From the IMG/VR virus record IMGVR_UViG_2690316161_000021, positions 1-32,930 of that record: DNA of 32,930 nucleotides; one strand, given 5' to 3'. Each line of letters starts with the position of its first letter. Position 1 is the stretch's first letter. Of the stretch, positions 1-7,250 are shown one piece after another. The notes under the pieces were generated by a model that saw only the letters and a list, made by a program, of their open reading frames with translations, ran no database searches and was not told where the DNA came from. The DNA is from a virus. Its lineage: Duplodnaviria; Heunggongvirae; Uroviricota; Caudoviricetes. The position numbers were made by a program, and so were the translations under genes.

Positions 1-981
1 CTAACGTCTTGCTTTTAACAATAACCAGATAAACACCGGCGCACCCAACGTTGCGGTGACCACGCCAATAGGCAGCTCTGCGGCAGCTAATGCCAGGCGC
101 GCTACAATATCGGCCAGCAGCAATGCGCTCGCCCCTGCCAGCGCGCAGCCGGGAAGTAATACGCGATGATCGGTTAAACCACACAACCGAAGAATATGTG
201 GGATCACCAGACCAATAAAGCCGATAGCACCCGCCAGCGCCACACTGACGCCAACCATCCAGCCGGTCGCGGCCACCAGCACATTGCGCCAGAACCACAG
301 GGGTAAACCCAGTTGCCGCGCCGAGATCTCGCCAAGTGCTAACATATTCATCGGCCTGGACTGACAACAGATCCACAACAACACGGGGATCAATGCCAGC
401 ATCAGCCAGCTTTGCCGCCAGTCTACGCCGCCAAAACCGCCCATCATCCAGTACATCAGCTGACGTAAATCAACAGAGGTGGAAAAGTAGATAGCCCACG
501 TCATTAGTGCGCTACAGATAATCCCTAATGCAACGCCAGCCAGCAATAACCGACTGGTCGAAAGATGACGACGGGCGAAACGTAAGAGTATTAAAGTGAT
601 GATAAGCGCGCCAGCAATCGCACACAGCCCTAGCGCCCAGTTGGGGAGTTGCCCTTGCCCAAGCAATACCGCGGCGATAAGCCCCACGCCTGCGCCGTTA
701 GAGACGCCAAGTAGTCCAGGTTCTGCCAGAGGATTTTCAAACAACGCCTGCATTACAGCGCCGGATATAGCCAGCGCCGCACCAACCAGCAATACAGCCA
801 GCGTACGTGGCAGGCGAATTTGCCAGACGAACAGTTCGCCACGAGGAGTAAACCAGTCACCTGGCGAGATCCATTGTTCACCGGCGCAAAGGCTTAAGAG
901 AAGCGCCAGCAGCATCAAAACTGACAGGCATAATAACCAGCGAATATTTTGTCGCTGTTGTTGGCGGGCAAGTGTCAGCAT
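1..981 (-). CDS. btuC: Vitamin B12 ABC transporter permease BtuC (FecCD family), complete 326 aa
   Basis: Full-length minus-strand ORF with multi-pass hydrophobic profile; sequence matches E. coli BtuC as I recall it ([17 protein letters not shown]...). GC-rich host-like composition. Confidence 0.9.
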   Translation of the reverse strand: MLTLARQQQRQNIRWLLCLSVLMLLALLLSLCAGEQWISPGDWFTPRGELFVWQIRLPRTLAVLLVGAALAISGAVMQALFENPLAEPGLLGVSNGAGVGLIAAVLLGQGQLPNWALGLCAIAGALIITLILLRFARRHLSTSRLLLAGVALGIICSALMTWAIYFSTSVDLRQLMYWMMGGFGGVDWRQSWLMLALIPVLLWICCQSRPMNMLALGEISARQLGLPLWFWRNVLVAATGWMVGVSVALAGAIGFIGLVIPHILRLCGLTDHRVLLPGCALAGASALLLADIVARLALAAAELPIGVVTATLGAPVFIWLLLKARR

Positions 982-1038
982 GGTATCCGTTCTGCTGAAG
1001 TGTCATGGCGTTGATTTTACGGTGACTCTTCGACAGTG

Positions 1039-1064
1039 AAAAGAAAAAAGGCCGCAGAGCGGCC
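1039..1064 (-). terminator. Intrinsic terminator ending the int-cargo transcript
   Basis: Perfect 6-bp GC stem GGCCGC/GCGGCC with 3-nt loop (1050-1064), followed on the minus strand by a U-run (complement of the A-run at 1039-1049); lies 110 bp past the stop of the 184-aa cargo gene. Confidence 0.5.
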
Positions 1065-1173
1065 ATAAACACAAGCAAAAATCAATAAGTTAGATAATTA
1101 TCAAAGACTTACAGACACACAAAAACACAGCCAACCACAACAAATAACAGGGATGTGGTCAATTTGTGGATCA

Positions 1174-1728
1174 TCAGCCAACAAATTTAGCAACAAATAC
1201 AGCAACCGCCGCCGTGAAAATGGTTGTGCATACTGGCACAATAATGCCACTCCAACGCCACTTCGTATTATCATCAACCTTGTCAAACCGCCGATTCATC
1301 TCATCCATAATCTTGTCAAAGCGTTTATCCATCGCTTCGGTAAGCTCACCCTTCAGGCTGTTAATGTCTGATTTGAGCTGCTCTTTCAGGTGAGCTGTAT
1401 CAGATTTAAGCTCACCTTTTAGATTCGCAATATCGCATTTAAGATCACCTTTCAGATGAGCAATGTCTGCTTTGAGCTCACCTTTCACCTCACCAACATC
1501 AGCTTTGGTTGAGAGGTTTGTAGTGCGTTCAGTAAGCGTCGCAAGGTCGTTTCTTGTTAGCGATAAATCACCTTCGAGTCGCTCAATTCGCCTTTCAAGT
1601 TTATCTGACATTCCGCCTCCACTACTGCCGCCATCGCCGCCATGATAAAGCACATCACGCTCAGAATGCGACATACTACCTGCTGAATTACCGAAAAGGT
1701 TTCTTGCTGCATTACCCATTTTCACCAT
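1174..1728 (-). CDS. Hypothetical tail-anchored coiled-coil protein with five 11-residue repeats (cargo)
   Basis: 184-aa ORF with Gly-rich N-terminus, five tandem hendecad repeats (VKGELKADIAH / LKGDLKCDIAN / LKGELKSDTAH / LKEQLKSDINS / LKGELTEAMDK) and one C-terminal hydrophobic segment (IIVPVCTTIFTAAVAVFVAKFV). Start overlaps the upstream gene by 17 nt. Confidence 0.6.
   Translation of the reverse strand: MVKMGNAARNLFGNSAGSMSHSERDVLYHGGDGGSSGGGMSDKLERRIERLEGDLSLTRNDLATLTERTTNLSTKADVGEVKGELKADIAHLKGDLKCDIANLKGELKSDTAHLKEQLKSDINSLKGELTEAMDKRFDKIMDEMNRRFDKVDDNTKWRWSGIIVPVCTTIFTAAVAVFVAKFVG
1335..1495. repeat. Roughly 33-bp tandem repeats (about 5 units) inside the 184-aa cargo CDS
   Basis: Recurring TTTGAGCTCACCTTTCA-like units at 33-bp period on the plus strand, corresponding to the 11-residue protein repeats. 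Confidence 0.6.
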
Positions 1729-2212
1729 CCTGCGCTTTGTCTTTCTCCAACCACTTCAGCACCGCAGACGTACGGTAAAGGCTCAGGTAACCACAATTCA
1801 GGCAATGCAGCGTGTAATAAGTTTTGCGCATATCAGGTATGCTCTTAACATCACCAAAAAAAGTATAAGATACATAATGCTTTATGTTCTCTTTAATTAA
1901 CTCACTCTGCTCCTCCAAGGGTAGATTGTTAAAATTTTCTGGTTTCTTATTTTTATCCCAACAAAGATCCATACTTTCAGGAATAGATAATCGCGACGAT
2001 CCACATGAAGGGCAGACACTGGAGACCCCCTTCTCAGACAAGAAACGGAAGAAGATTTCTGGCGTAATCTCCATCAGCCGCTCTTTATGTTTTTTGACAC
2101 GACTCATCGACTTCTTATTGATTTCATCAGCTTCTTCTTTGCATTTATCTTCTATATATTTCGATAGTAAATAGTCATATAACTCTTTTTTTGTAGGTTT
2201 TTTTATTTCCAT
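1712..2212 (-). CDS. Hypothetical zinc-ribbon protein (two CxxC pairs), AT-rich cargo gene coupled to int
   Basis: 166-aa Lys/Glu-rich ORF with CPSCG and CLNCG motifs. Its ATG lies 3 nt after the int stop (TAACTATGG); local GC is clearly lower than the flanking phage and host DNA. Confidence 0.6.
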   Translation of the reverse strand: MEIKKPTKKELYDYLLSKYIEDKCKEEADEINKKSMSRVKKHKERLMEITPEIFFRFLSEKGVSSVCPSCGSSRLSIPESMDLCWDKNKKPENFNNLPLEEQSELIKENIKHYVSYTFFGDVKSIPDMRKTYYTLHCLNCGYLSLYRTSAVLKWLEKDKAQDGENG

Positions 2213-2214
2213 AG

Positions 2215-3192
2215 TTACATTCCTCCCAAGGGATTAAACCTCACCGCATCCTGCAAGTAATCCGGCGCAAGATGGGCATAAATCATCGTTGTCTGAATCT
2301 TTGCGTGCCCCAGAATTTTCTGGAGCGTCAGAATATTGCCGCCGTTCATCATGAAATGACTGGCGAAGGTGTGGCGCAGCGCATGAACAGCCTGGCCGTC
2401 GGGAACATCAGGTGCGACCGTTTTGATGACATCGCGAACCAATGGATAATCCAGCGTCGGAAACACCAGTTTCCCGCCCCGTTTTTTGATCTTTTCAAAC
2501 AGGCTTTCAGAAATAGGAACGGTACGGTTTTTGCTGTTCTTCGTTTTTGAAAAAGTGATTCGACAATGAAGAACACGGCGCTGCTCCAGTGCCGCTACCT
2601 CGCCCCATCGCGCCCCGGTCGACAGAAGGATTTCGACAGCCAGCCGTTCATCGGGATTTTCAGCCAGTGCATCCAGCAACTGAACACATTCAGACTTACT
2701 CAGATATCCCATTTCACGCTCGTTAACCTTCATTCCTTTAAGGCCTTGAACGGGGTTATCATTAAGAAAATGGCCGGATGAGATGAGTGCGGTAAACATC
2801 GCGCTTAACGCCCCAATCTCTCGATTTATGGTGCTGGGCTGTATCCCCTGCTCTATCCTGGACACACGTAGCTCGGTGAGCATTGTTGTATTAAGTTTAT
2901 GCACGCACGGGTCATCCATTGCCTCACTCAAGCGCAGCAATTTAAGGCGCGTGTTATGCCCTGACTTCATTAGCTGGCCGTGGTATTTCCACCACAAGTC
3001 AATAAGCACTGACAGAGGACGGCGATCAATAGAGTTTCCTTTCCACTCATTGTTATGCTGTTGCGCCAGCACCCACCGCTCATATAAAACTGCATCCGAT
3101 TTCGTTTTAAATTTTTTGCGAATGCGTTTGCCTTTACGCCCCTCAGGGCGCATGTCAAGAAGATACCCTCCCGGAATTGATTTTATGCTCAT
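2215..3192 (-). CDS. int: Tyrosine-type site-specific integrase (P2 Int-like)
   Basis: C-terminal catalytic region with HxLRHT-type motif (AVHALRHTFASHF) and the catalytic tyrosine region (IQTTMIYAHLAPDYL). The ORF extends to 3342, but the start is placed at the internal ATG at 3192 (MSIKSIPGGYLL) so it does not overlap the repressor gene. Confidence 0.9.
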   Translation of the reverse strand: MSIKSIPGGYLLDMRPEGRKGKRIRKKFKTKSDAVLYERWVLAQQHNNEWKGNSIDRRPLSVLIDLWWKYHGQLMKSGHNTRLKLLRLSEAMDDPCVHKLNTTMLTELRVSRIEQGIQPSTINREIGALSAMFTALISSGHFLNDNPVQGLKGMKVNEREMGYLSKSECVQLLDALAENPDERLAVEILLSTGARWGEVAALEQRRVLHCRITFSKTKNSKNRTVPISESLFEKIKKRGGKLVFPTLDYPLVRDVIKTVAPDVPDGQAVHALRHTFASHFMMNGGNILTLQKILGHAKIQTTMIYAHLAPDYLQDAVRFNPLGGM

Positions 3193-3241
3193 TCGTGAAA
3201 CCCCAGCGTTACAAGACCACCATGCCCCCAGCGCTCCATGA

Positions 3242-3550
3242 TTAGCCGGGCTGTGTGCCAGTCTTGCGGGGTTTTTGAGAAGGCGATGTGCTTTTTGGCC
3301 CATCAGGGGAGAGAGACGGACTGATCTGCCCAGCAGCCTCATTTGTTTTTCCCGTCATAAGCCAATTCATGTACTTAAAAAAGCGAGGGTGATTAACAAT
3401 CTTGATAAGCACTTCGCCCCCTATGTTTTCAATCCGCCCCGTTTCATAACGACGCAAAGTGCCGATAGGCACATCAATCAGGCCGCAAAATTCTTCGCGC
3501 GTTAAATCCTCTGATTCACGAATCACTCTAATTTTTTCACCGATAAGCAT
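3242..3550 (-). CDS. Immunity repressor, P2 C-type
   Basis: About 100-aa protein; the pattern EKI..R.SE.L.R...GTL..YE.GR....P.F.KY..W.MT...ESGQI.P...SP.SGQKTG matches P2 C as I recall it. Sits upstream of int and divergent from the early operon. The start is uncertain (the ORF extends to 3586). Confidence 0.75.
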   Translation of the reverse strand: MLIGEKIRVIRESEDLTREEFCGLIDVPIGTLRRYETGRIENIGGEVLIKIVNHPRFFKYMNWLMTGKTNEAAGQISPSLSPDGPKSTSPSQKPRKTGTQPG

Positions 3551-3646
3551 TGACAGTGTTCCTATAAGTACACTAAGCTTGCGCACAAGGTGTACTTATA
3601 AGTACACCAAGTCACAAACAACCACAGATAGCGCAGGTTATCACAC
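3551..3646. promoter_or_regulatory. Immunity switch region with operator repeats (Pe/Pc area)
   Basis: Three copies of TATAAGTACAC: direct at 3564-3574 and 3597-3607, inverted at 3590-3600, giving the 18-bp palindrome GTGTACTTATAAGTACAC. A TTGACA hexamer lies at 3550-3555. Confidence 0.55.
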
Positions 3647-3925
3647 ATGGCAAAAGTCCTGAACACACACGAACAGGCAGACTTTGAGCGTTTAGCAGCG
3701 TTCTATCCCTACCGCGATGAGCATGGGTTACCAGTACTTGAAGAAAGCCTGAAAGATTACGCAAAGCGTACCAACCAAGCTGTTAACACAGTGAAAAGAC
3801 AGGCTGACAGAGGTTCAATTCCCATCAACCAGGATGAAAAGAACTCAAGACGCACAGTAAATCTCTTCGCTCTTTTCCTGAAAACAATCAGGAGCGCAGA
3901 AAAATACGTGCAGATGACAAAATAA
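3647..3925 (+). CDS. Cox/Apl-like small early regulator (assigned by position)
   Basis: 92-aa first gene of the rightward early operon, divergent from the repressor. I do not see clear sequence similarity to P2 Cox; the call rests on synteny only. Confidence 0.45.
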   Translation: MAKVLNTHEQADFERLAAFYPYRDEHGLPVLEESLKDYAKRTNQAVNTVKRQADRGSIPINQDEKNSRRTVNLFALFLKTIRSAEKYVQMTK

Positions 3926-3939
3926 CGAGGTGTCATTTT

Positions 3940-4278
3940 ATGCTGAAGCAACGCCGTAATTTTCGTACCGGAACAGAACGCCACGCTAACCGTTTCACTA
4001 CCAGTGCATCACGCAGCAACATCCGCTACAGCCTGAGTGATACACACGCAACGCCGGATGGCTACCCAGTAAAACAAATCGGCGAGCACGCCTGGCTGAT
4101 TGAGAAAGCTGGAATCGTGATCCACAAATGCCCACGCAATCCGTTTACCGGAAACCGCATTTTTGCATTGAGCTGTGGCGACAATCAGTTCGGGCAGGAT
4201 TTCACATTATACGAAGCACTTCGCACGGTTGATCGTCTGCTTCGCGGGCAAAGTTTTATTAAACAGGCTGATTTATAA
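3940..4278 (+). CDS. Hypothetical early protein
   Basis: 112-aa ORF in the early operon, tightly packed after the cox-like gene. Confidence 0.5.
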   Translation: MLKQRRNFRTGTERHANRFTTSASRSNIRYSLSDTHATPDGYPVKQIGEHAWLIEKAGIVIHKCPRNPFTGNRIFALSCGDNQFGQDFTLYEALRTVDRLLRGQSFIKQADL

Positions 4279-4288
4279 CAGGCGCTTT

Positions 4289-4576
4289 ATGACCAAAGAC
4301 CATGCACAAGGTGTATTTATCCGTTTTATTGATTTTCGCGGTGAACTGTTATTACGTGCATCCGCTATTGACGGAGTGACTCCGGCGGGTAAAAACGGAA
4401 CCGACGAAGCCACTTACGTTTATCTGAACGGCACGCGACTGCTTGTGGAACTTCCGTACCAGACCGTACGAGAAATCATTAGCGAAGCTGAAAAGGCACG
4501 CCAGGTTAATGCCGATGAACCCTATATCGAAATTATTTGTATGGATTCAGAAGCTGAAATACAGAAAGCAGATTAA
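4289..4576 (+). CDS. Hypothetical early protein
   Basis: 96 aa from the ATG at 4289 (MTKDHAQGVF...); the longer 4175 start would overlap the previous gene in another frame. Confidence 0.5.
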   Translation: MTKDHAQGVFIRFIDFRGELLLRASAIDGVTPAGKNGTDEATYVYLNGTRLLVELPYQTVREIISEAEKARQVNADEPYIEIICMDSEAEIQKAD

Positions 4577-4587
4577 AGGGCGTTGTG

Positions 4588-4830
4588 ATGGGCAAAGAAT
4601 ATAAAACTCTCATTAACAAAGCACTTGAGCGTTTTTATTTTCGCTTAAGTGCATCAGGCGCTCATGCTGAACGTGCGGCCCGTGACTCATTGACCAGAGC
4701 AATCCGAAGTCTGTATGACGTGGCTTTTTACGCTGATGATCTGGATGCACTTAACGAACTTTCCGAGCTGATCTGTGCCGCAGAATGCGGGGAACATATT
4801 GAACCGTATAAGCTGGGAAATATCGCATGA
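4588..4830 (+). CDS. Hypothetical early protein
   Basis: 80-aa ORF with GTG-ATG start and AAAGGG upstream; its stop overlaps the next start (ATGA). Confidence 0.45.
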   Translation: MGKEYKTLINKALERFYFRLSASGAHAERAARDSLTRAIRSLYDVAFYADDLDALNELSELICAAECGEHIEPYKLGNIA

Positions 4831-4940
4831 GTATATTTATCTCATGGCTTGTTCTGATTATTTCGGTGGTCTGCGCCATTGGGATTATGCGAATTATTAA
4901 TTCAGTGAAAAAGATCGAGCGTTTTTTCTCTGATGAATAA
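4827..4940 (+). CDS. Small hydrophobic peptide (37 aa, single predicted TM)
   Basis: MSIFISWLVLIISVVCAIGIMRIINSVKKIERFFSDE; ATGA overlap with the upstream gene; absent from the ORF track because it is under 60 aa. Confidence 0.35.
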   Translation: MSIFISWLVLIISVVCAIGIMRIINSVKKIERFFSDE

Positions 4941-5032
4941 CGATACAAATAAAACATCAAATTAAATAAGAAAACGTGAAAACCATCCGTATTAATGGAG
5001 GTATTCGCACGCGTAAATAACGGAGATATAAA

Positions 5033-5449
5033 ATGAAAGCAAAAGAAGAAGGCATTATCGACACATTAAAAAAAATATCAGAAGCGGAAGATGAAATGGC
5101 TAAAGATGCCGTGAAGCGTAGCCAACATATGGCAGCACTTCACGCACTGACCATTGCAAAAATCACCGCTGACGCAGCCAAAATTATTGAGGAACAGGGC
5201 AAAGAAATCGATACTCTTAAAACACAGTCAACAGTTGCAGCCATGAATCCGTCCAGCATTGGACGCCGCATTTACATTCTTGGTTCGGCAATAATGACGC
5301 AATACACCATTATTGCCGAACTGCACGGCAAATACCTGATAACGCCTTACCACACAAAAGAGTCAGAGCTTCTGACAAATCTCCGCCTGATAGAACGCTC
5401 TCAAGCTGTATTCATTGATGACGCGCAACGTGCCGTATTTAACGCATAG
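5033..5449 (+). CDS. Hypothetical protein in an AT-rich early-region moron
   Basis: 138-aa ORF with GGAG RBS; the 4830-5450 interval is visibly AT-rich compared with its neighbours. Confidence 0.5.
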   Translation: MKAKEEGIIDTLKKISEAEDEMAKDAVKRSQHMAALHALTIAKITADAAKIIEEQGKEIDTLKTQSTVAAMNPSSIGRRIYILGSAIMTQYTIIAELHGKYLITPYHTKESELLTNLRLIERSQAVFIDDAQRAVFNA

Positions 5450-5472
5450 GGTTACTGGACAAAGGGGGCGCA

Positions 5473-5676
5473 ATGGCAATTAAGCATTTTCCCGTCGTTC
5501 GCTTTACCTCCAGAGGGCGCGAATACGAGGTCGACGAACGCCTGATTACCACTATCGACAAACATCGTTCGGAAAAGGATGCACACCACATCTACCTCAC
5601 TGACGGCACTTACTTCTGCGCCACCAACGTGGCGCGAGTAAATCTTATCCGACAGGTACAGGAGCCACGCAGATGA
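5473..5676 (+). CDS. Hypothetical early protein
   Basis: 67-aa ORF with GGGGG RBS 7 nt upstream. Confidence 0.45.
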   Translation: MAIKHFPVVRFTSRGREYEVDERLITTIDKHRSEKDAHHIYLTDGTYFCATNVARVNLIRQVQEPRR

Positions 5677-5939
5677 TCATTCTGGACTACATCGCTACTC
5701 ATCCGGGGTGTAGCGGCGGAGAGATCGCCGCAGCACTGAATACCCCAACCACAGCCATTAATGCTGAGTTACGCCGACTTTGGCGCGGCGGCTTAGTCAT
5801 CAGAACAAACCGCAGCACAGGTGGTCGCGCTCGCAAAACAGGAGGCCAGGCTTCTTACCACGTAAACCCGATGCCGTTCGGGTGTAGCAATCCACTTACT
5901 CACATGTTTAACCAGCTACTGAAGGAAGCCAGAGCATGA
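5673..5939 (+). CDS. Hypothetical early protein, possible winged-helix DNA-binding fold
   Basis: 88-aa ORF, ATGA-coupled to both neighbours; the winged-helix suggestion is a guess from the LDYIATHPGCSGGEIAAALN...LRRLWRGGLV pattern. Confidence 0.4.
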   Translation: MIILDYIATHPGCSGGEIAAALNTPTTAINAELRRLWRGGLVIRTNRSTGGRARKTGGQASYHVNPMPFGCSNPLTHMFNQLLKEARA

Positions 5940-6235
5940 GCACCATCAACCACCAGAAGCTACGCGAACTGGCATTTGCCCTGCAACGAATGGCAACGCC
6001 TCAAAAATTACTGGCATTTCGCGCAATGCTCTCGCCGTCTGCTGTGCTGGCACTGCTGAATGAGCTGGAGCACGCCAGAACCACGGCTCCTGCCATTCGC
6101 CTGACGCTCCATCATGAAATCGCTGATTTCTGCGCGACGTTGGAGGCGCCGGGCGAACCGGAAACGCCGGAAGCAATACAGCAAGAGCTGCTGCAACGCA
6201 TTGACAAGGTTTTTGATTTTTTTCTGAACCAGTAA
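5936..6235 (+). CDS. Hypothetical early protein
   Basis: 99-aa ORF, translationally coupled to the upstream gene. Confidence 0.45.
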   Translation: MSTINHQKLRELAFALQRMATPQKLLAFRAMLSPSAVLALLNELEHARTTAPAIRLTLHHEIADFCATLEAPGEPETPEAIQQELLQRIDKVFDFFLNQ

Positions 6236-6358
6236 GAAACCAGAACATGCACACACAAAAAAACCGCTTGCCATGCCGCAATCAGTCAGGTTACATTTCC
6301 GCTGCACCTCATAAAACGGGTGCCGGGATTTCCACCCCGCTGACAACCAAAGCGCACA

Positions 6359-6378
6359 ACCGCGCCAGCGGTTTTTTT
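6359..6378 (+). terminator. Intrinsic terminator inside the early operon
   Basis: Stem ACCGC/GCGGT with GCCA loop followed by seven T residues (6372-6378). Confidence 0.5.
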
Positions 6379-6557
6379 GTGCGTACCGTATCGCCACGTC
6401 TTTTTCGCACACGAATTATGGTGGGGCGTACAGGGCCGACTTCGGTCGGGCCGGGTTCTTTGGTTGCCGGTTGTGGAAACCCTGTACGTCTCACCACCCC
6501 GAGTTTTCCACCTCTGGATGGTGAGTTTTCAAAACTTACAACCAAAGAGGCCACCCC

Positions 6558-6788
6558 ATGGCAAACCGCAAACAACAGCGCGCATACGCTGCGCGTCGTC
6601 ACATCCAGACTGAAATCAACCGCAGACTTTACCGCGCATCACGCGTCGCTCGTATCATGTTCATCAACATGTCACATGAGCACAGCCACGTGCTGTCAAA
6701 CGCCTACTCCGCCGCAGTATTTAGCTATCTGGCGGATGATCTGCGCGAGCTTCAGCAGCTCATCGAGCAGCAAAACAAACCCCATTAA
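6558..6788 (+). CDS. Hypothetical early protein
   Basis: 76-aa ORF with AAAGAGG RBS 7 nt upstream. Confidence 0.45.
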   Translation: MANRKQQRAYAARRHIQTEINRRLYRASRVARIMFINMSHEHSHVLSNAYSAAVFSYLADDLRELQQLIEQQNKPH

Positions 6789-6860
6789 TTCCTGTTCCGG
6801 GCCTTTCCTGCACCTTGCGGCGGGAGGCCTTCGCACATCTGTAGTAAAGAGAATTGCAGC

Positions 6861-7250
6861 ATGATTGACGCTCATGACTTCACAAGATGGGTGCGCACAC
6901 AGGACACCCGTCTGGCTCCCGTTCTTCAGGGATTATTTGATCTCTACATCCGTGGTCGTGACAACAGAGCACGCACCACAAAACCGGAGAATGCAGACAC
7001 CCTTTATTTCACAGTAGACGACTGCTACCGCGTGGACTTCACACCACACGGGCTGGCGTTGCACTGCCTGACACCACACGGAGAATCACTGCTGGCGTAT
7101 TACGACTCCCCGGCCTCCGTATTTGCGGCAATGCTGGCGCATCGCACTGCTGGCGGGTGTGCCTCGCTGAGTGAATACACCGCTGAATTTAACCGCCTTT
7201 CTGCCCTCTTCTCGCAGGAGTGGCAGCGCGTGACGGGATACCAGCCATGA
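6861..7250 (+). CDS. Hypothetical early protein
   Basis: 129-aa ORF immediately upstream of gene A; its stop overlaps the A start. Confidence 0.45.
   Translation: MIDAHDFTRWVRTQDTRLAPVLQGLFDLYIRGRDNRARTTKPENADTLYFTVDDCYRVDFTPHGLALHCLTPHGESLLAYYDSPASVFAAMLAHRTAGGCASLSEYTAEFNRLSALFSQEWQRVTGYQP

Noticed and set aside
596-1078. ORFs of 147 aa (plus) and 66 aa (minus) overlapping the btuC 5' region
   Set aside because: Overlap the complete btuC gene or its promoter in alternative frames; no independent support.
6247-6864. 205-aa plus-strand ORF spanning the early-region noncoding island
   Set aside because: Low-complexity Ser/Thr/Pro/Cys-rich translation with no RBS; it overlaps the well-formed 76-aa gene (6558-6788) in another frame and spans a terminator hairpin; most likely noncoding.
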